This document shows, in pieces, positions 1 through 12,529 of a stretch of 64,000 bases of DNA. This DNA comes from Octopus vulgaris (Eukaryota). The notes beneath the pieces were generated by a model. It was not told the DNA's origin. It ran no database searches and saw nothing but the letters and a program-made list of their open reading frames with translations. The translations under genes were made by a program, and so were the position numbers. The DNA is taken from NCBI GenBank assembly GCA_951406725.2, contig OX597839.1:24490001-24554000 (forward strand), read 5' to 3'. The number at the start of each line of letters is the position of its first letter. Position 1 is the first letter of the stretch.

Positions 1-289
1 TCGATCAGAATTAGCCCTTAGACCTGTGAGGCTCCCAGACAACTTACCAGTGTGCCCTTTTTTTTAAGGCAGCACAGCATTTATTACTAACTCTGGGGTC
101 CCACTGTCTTGCTATTCCCAAAAGACAATAAAGGGCTGGGAACACACCATTCACCTCCCTCAGGAGGAATTACAACTTGGACCATCACAGTCCCATTCTC
201 CATAACATGCTCCCTCGTAGCTACCCCTAGCTCAACAGTCTATCATACTATCCACACACAGACATACAGGGTTTACAGTTATTCAACTA

Positions 290-1055
290 CTAGCAGTATT
301 GCCTGGCGTTGCTCGGGTTTGTTTCGACCCTTTAGAATTGGAATTTTTGAAAAGTAAAAATTTCGCATTATGTAGCTTGTTATTCTCTTTAAGTGAACAC
401 TTTTCTGGTTGAAATACACTGAAAAATAGTGACACAGCAGTCAAAAAATCGTAAAAATTAGGGATTTTCATAGAAAAAAAAAGCACCTTTTTGATGTATA
501 TAATTTTTGGTGTTAACATGGTCCGATCTGAATTTTATCTTCTACGGAATGAAGAGCAAGCCTTCTTCTATCATACTCTCAATTTTGGTCAACTTGTGCC
601 GCAGGGTCTCAGAGGAGATAGTGTTAGTTGAAGCCTACCAAACCTGCCACACACAGACAACTTCAGCTTTATATATATACTAGCAGTATCGCCCGGCGTT
701 ACTCGGGTTTGTTTTGACCCTTTAGAATTGGAATTTTTGAAAAGTATAAATTTTGCATTATGTAGCTTGTTATTCTCTTTTGAAATACACCGAAAAATGG
801 CGACACAGCAGTAAATAAATCGTAAAAAAATAGGGATTTTCATAGAAAAAAAAAGCACCATTTTGATGTAAATAATTTTTGGTGTTAACATGGTCCGATT
901 TGAATTTTATCTTCTACAGAATGAAGAGCAAGCCTTCTTCTATCATACTCTCAATTTTGGTCAACTTGTGCCGCAGGGTCTCAGAGGAAATAGTGTTAGT
1001 TGAAGCCTACCAAACCTGCCACACACAGACAACTTCAATTTTATATATATATAGA
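290..1055 (-). mobile_element. Head-to-tail dimer of a non-autonomous Helitron (290-679, 680-1055)
   Basis: Two ~380-bp near-identical units. On the minus strand: 5' TC(TA)n start at 1055, and a 3' hairpin CCCGAG-C/TAACG-CCR-GG followed by CTAG at 290 and 680. Inserted at A^T without TSD: the flanks ttcaacta|tttctttcgcatt rejoin to match the uninterrupted host element at ~4650. Confidence 0.85.
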
Positions 1056-1159
1056 TTTCTTTCGCATTCATATTATTTACAGTTTAGACCTCAATTCTAT
1101 AAAGATATGAAACCATTATTCTATGCTAATTTAGTTAATTTTATAATAATAATAATATA

Positions 1160-1570
1160 TGCAAGAGTGGCTGTGTGGTAAGTAGCTTGCTAACCAACCA
1201 CATGGTTCAGGGTTCAGTCCCACTGCGTGGCACCTTGGGCAAGTGTCTTCTGCTATAGCCCCGGGCCGACCAATGCCTTGTGAGTGGATTTGGTAGACGG
1301 AAACTGAAAGAAGCCCGTCGTATATATGTATATATATATGTGTGTGTGTATATGTTTGTGTGTCTGTGTTTGTTCCCCTAGCATTGCTTGACAACCGATG
1401 CTGGTGTGTTTAAGTCCCCGTCACTTAGCGGTTCGGCAAAAGAGACCGATAGAATAAGTACTGGGCTTACAAAGAATAAGTCCCGGGGTCGATTTGCTCG
1501 ACTAAAGACGGTGCTCCAGCATGGCCGCAGTCAAATGACTGAAACAAGTAAAAGAGTAAAGAGAAAAGAG
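1160..1570 (+). mobile_element. tRNA-derived SINE family A (octopus-type)
   Basis: A-box-like TGGCTGTGTGG, B-box-like GGTTCAGTCCC, CORE-like CCTTGGGCAAGTG, internal (TA)/(TG) tract and (AAGAGTA)n tail. More than 20 related copies or fragments occur in the window. Confidence 0.9.
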
Positions 1571-2118
1571 TATATGTGTATGTGTGCCTATATTATAAGG
1601 TATTCTACTAGTCTAATCCTGGATATTTCTATACCTCTGAGGTTTATATATCCTCACTCGTACTTTAGGGATAACATATCCAGACAGGCACTGTTCAAGA
1701 AACTCTGTTAAAATCTAAGTTAAGGCTAACTGCATTGAATGATAAGAAATATATCCTAGGATTAGTCGAGGTAAACAATTCCAATCTAATTAATCAGATA
1801 GGAAAATCCTTGGTTCACTTCGGAGGATTATAAATAGTTTAGTTAATGTACACCCAAGACAATTCCCCAAAAATAAGGAGAATTATAGGTCTACACAGTT
1901 TTTTATTATTAAAGCCAGCTATACAGCATATTTAATTTAAATCTCTATCCCAGCATATTGTTTCTCCTTAAATATACATATATATATATATATATAGATA
2001 GATAGATAGATAGATAGATAGACAGACATACATACATACATATATACATATAAAACTGTAGTCTTCTGTCTTGCCAGCCTTCAGTCAAACCATCCAACCC
2101 ATGCCAGCACGGAAACGG

Positions 2119-2530
2119 AGAGCTGGCAGAAACGTTAGCACGCCGGGCGAAATGCTTAGCGGTATTTCGTCTGCCGTTATGTTGTGAGTTCAAATTCCGC
2201 CGAGGTCGACTTTGCCTTTCATCCTTTCGGGGTCGATAAATTAAGTACCAGTTACGCACTGGGGTCGATGTAATCGACTTAATACCTATGTCTGTCCTTG
2301 TTTGTCCTCTCTGTGTTTAGCCCCTTGTGGGTAGTAAAGAAATAGGTATTTCGTCTGCCGTTACGTTGTGAGTTCAAATTCCGCCGAGGTCGACTTTGCC
2401 TTTCATCCTTTCGGGGTCGATAAATTAAGTACCAGTTACGCACTGGGGTCGATGTAATCGACTTAATACCTATGTCTGTCCTTGTTTGTCCCCTCTGTGT
2501 TTAGCCCCTTGTGGGTAATAAAGAAATAGG
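2119..2530 (+). mobile_element. SINE family B, partial tandem dimer, nested in an RTE 3'-end fragment
   Basis: GAGCTGGCAGAA head, GAGTTCAAATTCC B box, central TTTCATCCTTTCGGGGTCGATAAATTAAGTACC (resembles the Meta-SINE domain), end AAGAAATAG. The body 2161-2345 is repeated at 2346-2530. The host (...GCACGGAAACGGA | GTTAAACGACAACGATGATG) is split by it. Confidence 0.85.
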
Positions 2531-2749
2531 TTAAACGACAACGATGATGATGATATATATATATTTATAAATATACAAATGCTCATGAGTTTTACCTCCA
2601 AAGAGCTTTGCTAAACATTTGCTTGCCAATCCCACTCAGAGCAAAGCCTAAGGCCATGAGTAACAAGTTATTTTATTGTATTATGACACATGACATTAAT
2701 CACAGCGTTGACTCTCTCTCTCTCTATCTCCTCTGTGTGTGTGTATATG

Positions 2750-2801
<52 letters not shown>

Positions 2802-2802
<1 letters not shown>

Positions 2803-3008
2803 TGGGTTGGTGCATAATTATTTTATTTAACAAAAACATCTTTAAATGACAGTCTGACCGTCTGCTAAGCAAATGGGAAGCAGTAATTGAAGTAGATGGT
2901 GAATATGCTCCGGAATAATTATGTAAAGATGTTTTTGTTAAATGTTGTTATTGTTTTTGTTGACTAAAATTTTTTGCAAAAAAAATCCACAATTATGCAC
3001 CAACCCAA
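2802..3008 (+). mobile_element. Internally deleted mariner (MITE)
   Basis: TIRs TTGGGTTGGTGCATAATT / AATTATGCACCAACCCAA, TA on the left. Interior encodes a mariner C-terminus, DRLLSKWEAVIEVDGEYAPE*. Confidence 0.85.
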
Positions 3009-3043
3009 CATAAATCTATAGATAGATACATACATAGAGATAT

Positions 3044-3255
3044 ACTCTCTTTTACTCTTTACTCTTTTACTTGTCTCAGTCATTTGACTGCGGCCATACT
3101 GGAGCACCGCCTTTAGTCGAGCAAATCGACCCCGGGACTTATTCTTTGTAAGGCCAGTACTTATTCTATCGGTCTCTTTTTGCCGAACCACTAAGTAACG
3201 GGGACGTAAACACATCAGCATCGGTTGTCAAGCAATGCTAGGGGGACAAACACAG

Positions 3256-3286
<31 letters not shown>

Positions 3287-3449
3287 CGACAGGCTTCTTT
3301 CAGTTTCCGTCTACCAAATCCACTCACAAGGCATTGGTCGGCCCGGGGCTATAGCAGAAGACAGTTGCCCAAGGTGCCACGCAGTGGGACTGAACCCGGA
3401 ACCATGTGGTTGGTTAGCAAGCTACTTACCACACAGCCACTCCTGCACC
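3044..3449 (-). mobile_element. SINE family A
   Basis: Full-length reverse complement of 1160-1570. Confidence 0.9.
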
Positions 3450-3459
3450 TGTATATTTC

Positions 3460-3765
3460 CTTTTGAGCATTGGGCCTCACGGAAGCAATGACCAAGACCT
3501 TTGGCACCAAGTCGTGCTTGACAAGAATACGCATCAAGCCAAGCAAAATCACAGTCCTGGCCTCACACAAACGGCACCTGTGCCAGTGGAACCTAGAGGC
3601 ACCTATTACACTCTCAGAGTAGTTGGCATTAGGAAGGGCATCCAGCCGTAGAAAACCATGCCAGATCAGACTGGAGTCTGGTGTAGCTTTCCAGCTTGCC
3701 AGCCCTTGTCAAACCATCTAACCCATACCAGTATGGACAATGGACATTAAATGATGATGATGATA
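3460..3765 (+). mobile_element. RTE-clade LINE 3' UTR fragment
   Basis: GTTGGCATTAGGAAGGGCATCCAGCCGTAGAAA motif and (GAT)n tail, as in the ORF-linked copy at 54522-55600. Confidence 0.75.
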
Positions 3766-3780
3766 TATGGTAGAACCTGG

Positions 3781-4110
3781 CAGTATGAGTGCCCCATTGT
3801 ACGAGTAATTTGCTGTACGAGCCGAGACTCGTGCAAATTTTTGTCCTGAAATACAAACAGGAAATCCACAGTACGAGCACACAAATCATCCCATCTTTCA
3901 GGTAATTCAGTGAATAAAAAACAATATTTCTTTTGCATTCTCTTTTTTTTATAATTGTCATTTTACTTCTAACTACGCTTTTTTCTTTTTTTAAAACCCA
4001 TAAAAAATTATTTTTGAGTGGGTTTTGGGAGGCAGAAACGGATTAATTATATTTTAGTTAATTTCAAATGGGGAAAAACTGATTTGTAAAACGAGTAAAT
4101 CATAAGACGT
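3781..4110. mobile_element. Possible Tigger/pogo-like MITE remnant
   Basis: Repeated TACGAG motifs and the AAACGGATTAATT...CAAATGGGGAAAA subterminal pattern seen in Tigger-like elements. Termini unclear. Confidence 0.35.
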
Positions 4111-4405
4111 GTGTGTATATATATATATGTCTGTCCAAAATTGACAGCCAACAATTGTGAAGCATGACTCTCACCACTACTACATGAACCTGAAGATTGC
4201 AGAATTTAATGCATGAAAGTACTAGTTCCATCAGAATGAACATTTAACATTCTACTATTTTATTTTATTCTATTATAATATATTATCTTATAATATATCA
4301 TTATAAGATTGTAAATAAAACGTGAAAATCAGACAAGGTTGGAATTCCTTTTATTAATATATTCTTCTATACACAATCACACACCCCCATATATATATAT
4401 ATCTA

Positions 4406-4455
<50 letters not shown>

Positions 4456-5127
4456 ATTGCATCTAATGAGATAATGTAATAGGTATATACAATAAGTGCT
4501 TAGGTTGGTTTACCACTTAACACTCTGACTTGAACTGCAACTAAAACGCAAAGTGGTGTTGTAGCTGCCTAACAAAGAATGGCTATAAGTGGTTTATCAT
4601 TGAGCAGCAGGAGGATATAGAGAGTGGCCCAAAAGTAGGTTTACAGTCATTCAATTATCTCTTTCGCATTCATATATTAACTGTTTAGATCTTAACTATT
4701 AAAAAATATGAAACCTTTATTCTATGCTAATTTAGTTAATTTTGTGAAGCTTTTCAGTTTGTAATTGTTTTTTTTTTTTTTTTTTTTTTACCAAAATCTG
4801 GACGCCCTAAGATTTCTGTGACTGAAAGAAAAATGGGATGTGAGTGGCTATGATATTTGTGAACAGTCCAAAGAAGTCCACACAATGTACTTCTCTAGAA
4901 CTATTCATACCAATAACATCATTAAAACACTTAATGCATAAACTGAAATTAAAACCTTTCCATCCACAACTGGCACATGGTGTCACAGTGTGTCAGAGTG
5001 TTCTGAAGTGGTTTGAAGAATGTTGCAACGTTGAAGGAGGACGTTTTGAGCATCTGAGAGATGAAACATTGTCTGTTTATGATGTGCATAAACAATACGA
5101 TTGTATGATAGAAATTTCAATGTAATA

Positions 5128-5298
5128 GGCGCAGGAGTGGCTGTGTGGTAAGTAGCTTGCTAACCAACCACACGGTTCCGGGTTCAGTCCCACTGCGTGG
5201 CATCTTGGGCAAGTGTCTTCTGCTATAGCCTCGGGCCGACCAATGCCTTGTGAGTGGATTTGGTAGACAGAAACTGAAAGAAGCCTGTCGTATATATG

Positions 5299-5337
<39 letters not shown>

Positions 5338-6555
5338 CTGTGTTTGTTCCCCTAGCATTGCTTGACAACCGATGCTGGTGTGTTTACGTCCCCGTCACTT
5401 AGCGGTTCGGCAAAAGAGACCGATAGAATGTATGTGTGTGTGTGTGTTTCTGTGTTTGTCCCCCTAGCATTGCTTGACAACCGATGCTGGTGTGTTTACA
5501 TTCCCGTCACTTAGTGGTTCGGCAAAAGAGACCGATAGAATGTATGTGTGTGTGTGTGTTTCTGTGTTTGTCCCCCTAGCATTGCTTGACAACCGATGCT
5601 AGTGTGTTTACATCCCCATCACTTAGTGGTTCGGCAAAAGAGACCGATAGAATGTATGTGTGTGTGTGTGTTTCTGTGTTTGTCCCCCTAGCATTGCTTG
5701 ACAAGCCGATGCTGGTGTGTTTACATCCCCGTCACTTAGTGGTTCGGCAAAAGAGACCGATAGAATGTATGTGTGTGTGTGTGTTTCTGTGTTTGTCCCC
5801 CTAGCATTGCTTGACAACCGATGCTAGTGTGTTTACGTCCCCGTCACTTAGTGGTTCGGCAAAAGAGACCGATAGAATGTATGTGTGTGTGTGTGTTTCT
5901 GTGTTTGTCCCCCTAGCATTGCTTGACAGCCGATGCTAGTGTGTTTACGTCTCCGTCACTTAGCGGTTCGGCAAAAGAGACCGATAGAATGTATGTGTGT
6001 GTTTCTGTGTTTGTCACCCTAGCATTGCTTGACAACCGATGCTGGTGTGTTTACGTCCCCGTCACTTAGTGGTTCGGCAAAAGAGACCGATAGAATGTAT
6101 GTGTGTGTGTGTGTTTCTGTGTTTGTCCCCCTAGCATTGCTTGACAACCGATGCTAGTGTGTTTACATCCCCATCACTTAGTGGTTCGGCAAAAGAGACT
6201 GATAGAATGTATGTGTGTGTTTCTGTGTTTGTCCCCCTAGCATTGCTTGACAACCGATGCTGGTGTGTTTACGTCCCCGTCACTTAGTGGTTCGGCAAAA
6301 GAGACCGATAGAATGTATGTGTGTGTGTGTGTTTCTGTGTTTGTCCCCCCTAGCATTGCTTGACAACTGATGCTAGTGTGTTTACATCCCCGTCACTTAG
6401 CGGTTTGGCAAAAGAGGCCGATAGAATAAGTACTGGGCTTACAAAGAATAAGTCGCGGGGTTGATTTGCTCGACTAAAGGCGGTGCTCCAGCATGGCCGC
6501 AGTCAAATGACTGAAACAAGTAAAAGAGTAAAAGAGTATAAAAGAGTATAAAAGA
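5128..6555 (+). mobile_element. SINE family A with internally amplified segment
   Basis: Normal head at 5128, normal tail at 6420-6555, short TSD GTAATA. Confidence 0.9.
5340..6428 (+). repeat. Minisatellite, 10 x ~111 bp, derived from SINE A body
   Basis: GATAGAAT recurs at about 5422, 5534, 5646, 5759, 5871, 5983, 6089, 6201, 6307 and 6420. Units are joined through (TG)n. Confidence 0.95.
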
Positions 6556-6677
6556 GTAATAAAAATGTTTTAAAAGAAGTTTAAAGTGCCTACATGACAA
6601 CTGTAAACCCACTTTTCGGTCACCCTGAATCTAAGAAAGAAAGAATGAACAGACTAAGCATGAATATCACTTTCAAA

Positions 6678-7277
6678 CAGTGGTTCTCAACCATTTTTTA
6701 ACCCTTTCATTACTGTATTTATTTTGAGATGCTCTGTGTTTCTTTCAATCATTTTAAATATAACAAAGAATTCAGTAAATTAACTTCGTTATCATTAAGC
6801 TAGTGTTAGTAACATAAATTTTATCTAAGATTTGGTGGAAGATTTGAATTCAAAACTTATGAAATCAGGACATTTATACTAAAGAGCCAGAGCCGGTTTC
6901 AGCCGGGTTGGTAACGAAAGGGTTAATCTAAGGACCTCTTTGATTCCTATTCTTCGCTACTGGACCCTCATTAGCATTTCAAGTCTAAAAAATCCTATCA
7001 TATTTTCATAATTAGATATTGCTAAGAACTTCTTTTTTTTGTTTTGTTTTGATTTTACTTGTGTTAGTAATTTGACAGCGGCCATGCTGGAGCACCACCT
7101 TTAGTCAAACAAATTGACCACAGGACTTATTCTTTGTATGCCTAGTACTTATTCTATCAGTCTCATTGCTGAACTGCTAAGTTACGGGGATGTAAACACG
7201 CCAACATCCATTGTCAAGCAATGGCGGAAGGACAAACATAGACACACAAATACATACATACATACATACATATATAT

Positions 7278-7321
<44 letters not shown>

Positions 7322-7775
7322 TACATAATAGTGGTTTTTCTCTAATTTATATATCATGATGATGATGATGATACATAAATTAGAGAAAAACGACTATTAT
7401 GCAATATATATATATATATAGATATATGTTTAAATATTTGTTGTGTAAGATTTTCTATGTAATACAAATATTAAAGGCATTCCCCCCACATACACACACT
7501 AAATAAACATAAACGCACATAGAGATATAAGCATGCGCAAATGAAGACATACAATAGAAATACAAAATGGCTGACGGTTAGTAAGGAGAGACACAAGTAA
7601 GTGAGAAGAAAACAAAGGACCACTGATGCGGTCACAGGAGTGTGACGAAAGAACTCTGGCCGAAATAAGATTAAGATTAATGTAAAAAATAAATAACACT
7701 GAAGCAAAATAACACCAAATATATAGTACGTGTGTTTTTAGTGGCTAAACTGGCAATATGACCATTCCGAAATAT

Positions 7776-7832
<57 letters not shown>

Positions 7833-8155
7833 TATATATGTAATTATATATTTATATATATATATATATGATGGGCTTCTTTCAGTTTCCATCCACCAAA
7901 TCCACTCCCAAGGCTTTAGTCGGCCCAAGGGTATAGTAGAAGACACTTGGCCAAGCCGCCACAAGGTGGGACTGAACCTGGAACCGTGTGGTTGAGAAGC
8001 AAGCTTCTTACCACACAGCTACACCTGCACATACAAAAATGTTAGAATATTTTGTGTATGGTAGAAATTTAAATTTTAACAGCGAAATCTTATATGGACC
8101 CCTAGGGGCCATATGAACATCTAGCAGCCATGTGGACCCCTGTTGAAAAAGACTG
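6678..8155. mobile_element. hAT (Charlie-like) MITE remnant hosting nested insertions
   Basis: CAGTGGTTCTCAACC left end, degenerate GTTGAAAAAGACTG right end, GGACCC subterminal repeats. The TSD is only partly conserved (ctttcaaa/ctttagag). Confidence 0.5.
6702..6922. mobile_element. piggyBac-like MITE
   Basis: TTAA TSDs with TIR CCCTTTCATTAC / GTAACGAAAGGG. Same family at 35299-35853 and 35939-36160. Confidence 0.85.
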
Positions 8156-8234
8156 CTTTAGAGCATGAAACATAATTGTAGAGTAATTACAAACATAATT
8201 GTAGGAGCAAAAGGTATGATAGAGATAAGGGACA

Positions 8235-8655
8235 GGTGTGGGGAAAGAATCTTACTTCCCCACCACATGATTCAGGGTTCAGTCCCAGTGCATGGTACCT
8301 GGGGCAAGTGTCTTCTACTAAAGCACCAGGCCAACCAAAGCCTTGTGAGTGGATTTGGCGGATGGAAACTGAAAGAAGCCCAATGCATGTGTGTGTGTGT
8401 GTGCATGTGTATATGTTTGTATGTTTGTGTGTGTGTGTGTATGTCTTTGTATATGCATTTGTCCCCCACCCCCGTCACCACTTGATAACCAGTGTTGGTG
8501 TGCTTACATCCCAATAACTTAGTGGTTCAGCAAAAGAGACTGATGCAATAAGGCTTTAAAATAAAATAAGTCCTAGGTCGATTTGTTTTTTTAAAACCCT
8601 TCAAGGCAATGCTCCAGTATGGCCACAGTTAGATGACTGAAACAAGTAAAAGAAT
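8235..8655 (+). mobile_element. SINE family A, diverged
   Basis: Colinear with 1160-1570 with many substitutions. Confidence 0.8.
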
Positions 8656-8681
8656 ATATGTATATATCTTTGCACCCGCTT

Positions 8682-8854
<173 letters not shown>

Positions 8855-9152
8855 AGCATGCGTTCATGTGCTAAGTGACAGAAAAGTAAAATAAAGCACA
8901 GACAAAAAGTAAAACACATTGAAACTGTTTACACTCGTCAGCTGTTGACTGAAGCCAAAGCAGTTTTGGCATGTTATCAACAGGACTGCTGACTGTGAAG
9001 AACTTGGAAATAGGGTCGACAACACAACAACATATATATATGAAAATAAATGAGAAATTAGCTCCAACGAGTACCTAATTCTGTTGTCCTAATGAATAGT
9101 CAACTTGGACAGCTGAGAGAAAACATATCATTTACATACATACATACATAAA

Positions 9153-9523
9153 TCTCTCTATATATTAACGGCAGTTTGTCTGTGTGCGTTTCTGTGTGTC
9201 TGTCTGGTTGTACCCTCACCCTGACCACGGCTTTCAACCGATTCTGATGAAACTTGACACACACATAGCCCAATGTCATAATTCAAAACTAACGCAGCGA
9301 AAATTTTGAAAAGTTCCCCCAGTTCCGAAAAAATCGATAAATTCGACATGGGGTCGAGAATCAGAAACACAAACCACAGACTGTCTAGGGGACGCAACTC
9401 GACCTTTTTAACTAAAAAAAAAATTTACCATCATTTTTTTCCCATTTTTTGGCTATAACTCTCTAAAAATGCTTTACTGTTATTTCCCTTACAAACCCGA
9501 GCAACGCCGGGCGATACTGCTAG
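9153..9523 (+). mobile_element. Non-autonomous Helitron
   Basis: A|TCTCTCTATAT start, 3' hairpin CCCGAGCAACGCCGGG then CTAG|T, no TSD. Confidence 0.85.
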
Positions 9524-10218
9524 TACATATATAAATACATACATACATACAGGCAAATACACATGCACACACATGCATTCATGAATGCACAAACACACAC
9601 AAATTGCTAGTAACAACAAGCAGTATTGACTGTTGCCTTTGCATTAAAGAACATCGGTGAAGGCGGTATGGAGAAAAGAAGAAGCAAAACCTTATCCAGG
9701 ACAGACCGGCCAGGCAACTTTGTACAGAAACTTTCCAGCTACAAATATCCGAGCATCTCCAGCAGGCAGCAGAGAGCGTTGACACACAGATTACGGATAA
9801 TCTTAAGCCAAAGTCCAAGAGATCCAATTATATCAGAAAGAGTGAATCATAGAATCTTAAGTACATATACTTACATACATGCAGTCAAAGGCAAAGTACA
9901 TACACATACATACACATACACGACTGTATGGCCATACATACATAGACACACACACATAAACATACATACAAGGCATGGCTGTGTGGTAAGAACCTTGCTT
10001 GCCAACCACATGGTCATACATGCACACACACACACATATATATACATACAACAGGTTTCTTTCAGTTTCTGCCTACCAAATCCACTCACAAGGCTATGGT
10101 TGGTCCAAGGCTGTAGTAGAAGACACTTTACCTAAGGTGCCATGCAGTGGGACTGAACCCGGAACCATGTACTTAGTAAACAAGCCACTTACCACACAGC
10201 CACTCCTGATATGCATGC

Positions 10219-10257
<39 letters not shown>

Positions 10258-10978
10258 GAATAATGCAGGTGTAATCAAATATTTTTACTTTCGACACATG
10301 TTTCAAAAATTCCACTGATACTATTCAAAAGAATAAATGGTATAAACAATGCAATCTTCTCCTCAGGAAAGTGAAAAAAACGAAACTCGTCAATAAGACA
10401 TTTTAGCAAAAAATGATGGATTTGTATAGCGATAGACAAAACGCTATTAATATTGTTTAAAAAAACGTTATATGATATAACATCATAAGTAGCTAACAGA
10501 AAGAGTAAGGATATTAATAGTGAATGTTAAATATAAAGGAAATTAAAGTTTAAATTATATATAATGATAGAGACTACTTATATGCACTAAATGTATGTTT
10601 CTGCCAATGCTTACATCTGTATGCTCGTTCTATAACCATGTTTACTAGAGTATTTCTAGAAAAAATAATGAAACATAGCTCAGAATTACAGAGAAGACAG
10701 AATTTCTTGCCTTTGTCATATGGTATCGAAATTGAGAGGATCAACCATTCTAAATGAAATTGTTCATTGTGGTCTTTTAAATCCCAAATCAGTTTGCTGA
10801 GACCGGTACTATTCCGTTTATTTCTATCCCAAAATATTCAACGTAAACACGAAGTTTCTACCTTTATAAACAAGGAGTTACAACACCTTTACTTGTGAGA
10901 TTTTTGCTGCCCTGGTAACTATTTTTTTTTTTTCCGTGTTAATTGTTAACAAGGTAAAAATACACATCTATCTATCTA

Positions 10979-11028
<50 letters not shown>

Positions 11029-11029
<1 letters not shown>

Positions 11030-11130
11030 AAGAAAATGGAGAAATTGACATATAGACATCAGTTTATTGGGGCAAATCCAATTCCAAACAATATTAAACT
11101 CACAGAACCTACAACTGTTTCCATGTCCAA
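11029..11130 (-). mobile_element. Penelope-like terminal-repeat remnant, left arm of inverted pair
   Basis: Reverse complement matches 12586-12680 and includes GAAAC-AGTT-GTA. Confidence 0.55.
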
Positions 11131-11264
11131 TTAATTAATTCCAATTAGTAATGGCTACTTTGTTTTTCAAAACAATTAACACATGCACATGCACAAATAA
11201 ATTAAAATGCACAGGTGCACATATCTGAATTCAATGCTAAGTCTACCAAGGATACATCAACACA

Positions 11265-11933
11265 TATGTATGTATGTATGCATGTATGTATGTATGTATG
11301 TATGTATGTGTGCAAGTATGTATGCATGTATGTATGTATGTATGTATGTATGTATGTATGTATGTATGTATGTATGTATGTATGTATGTATGTATGTATG
11401 TATGTATGTATTTATTTATGCATGTATGAATGTATGTATGTATGTATGTATGTATGTATGTATGTATATGTATGTATGTATGTATGTATATATGTATGCA
11501 TGTATGTATGTATGTATGCATGTATGTATGTATGCATGTATGCATGCATGTATGTATGTATGTATGTATGTATGTATGTATGTATGTATGTATGTATGTA
11601 TGTATGTATGTATGTATGTATGTATGTATGTATTTATTTATGCATGTATGTATGTATGTATGTATGTATGTATGTATGTATGTATGTATTTATGCATGTA
11701 TGCATGTATGTATGTATGTATGTATGTATGTATGTATGTATGCATGCATGCATGCATGCATGCATGCATGTATGCATGTATGTATGTATGTATGTATGCA
11801 TGCATGCATGCATGCATGTATGTATGTATGTATGTATGATGTATGTATGTATGCATGCATGCATGCATGCATGCATGCATGTATGTATGTATGTATGTAT
11901 GCATGCATGCATGTATGAATGTATGTATGTATG

Positions 11934-11964
<31 letters not shown>

Positions 11965-12526
11965 GTATGCATGCATGTATGTATGTATGTATGTATGTAT
12001 GCATGTATGTATGTATGTATGTATGTATGTATGTATGTATGTATGTATGTATGTATGTATGTATGTATGTATGCATGTATGTATGCATGTATGTATGTAT
12101 GTATGTATGTATGTATGTATGTATGTATGTATGTATGTATGTATGTATTTATGTATGTATGTATGTATGTATGTATGTATGTATGTATGTATGTATGTAT
12201 GTATGTATGTATTTATTTATGCATGTATGTATGTATGTATGTATGTATGTATGTATGTATGTATGTATGTATGTATGCATGCATGCATGCATGCATGTAT
12301 GTATGTATGCATGTATGTATGCATGTAAGTATGTATGTATGCATGTATGCATGTATGTATGCATGTATGTATGTATGCATGTATGTATGCATGTAAGTAT
12401 GTATGTATGTATGTATGTATGTATGTATGTATGCATGTATGTATGTATGTATGCATGTATGCATGTATGTATGTATGTATGTATGTATGTATTTATTTAT
12501 GCATGTATGAATGTATGTATGTATGT
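11265..12526. repeat. (TATG)n/(CATG)n tetranucleotide array, ~1.26 kb
   Basis: Direct reading. Confidence 0.98.
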
Positions 12527-12529
12527 CTA

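Larger units (their letters stand above)
4620..6627 (+). mobile_element. Tc1/mariner-superfamily non-autonomous element interrupted by a SINE array
   Basis: TIRs (c)AGAGTGGCCCAAAAGTAGGTTTACAGT / ACTGTAAACCCACTTTTCGGTCACCCTG. Transposase C-terminal remnant EECCNVEGGRFEHL at ~5015-5056. Further left-end copies at ~266-1142 and 23419-23520 (-). Confidence 0.75.

Noticed and set aside
1-260. 82-aa ORF or possible Tx1-like remnant
   Set aside because: No motif I can support, and truncated by the window edge.
5340-6428. CRISPR-like regular array
   Set aside because: No unique spacers, units are SINE sequence, no cas genes, eukaryotic context.
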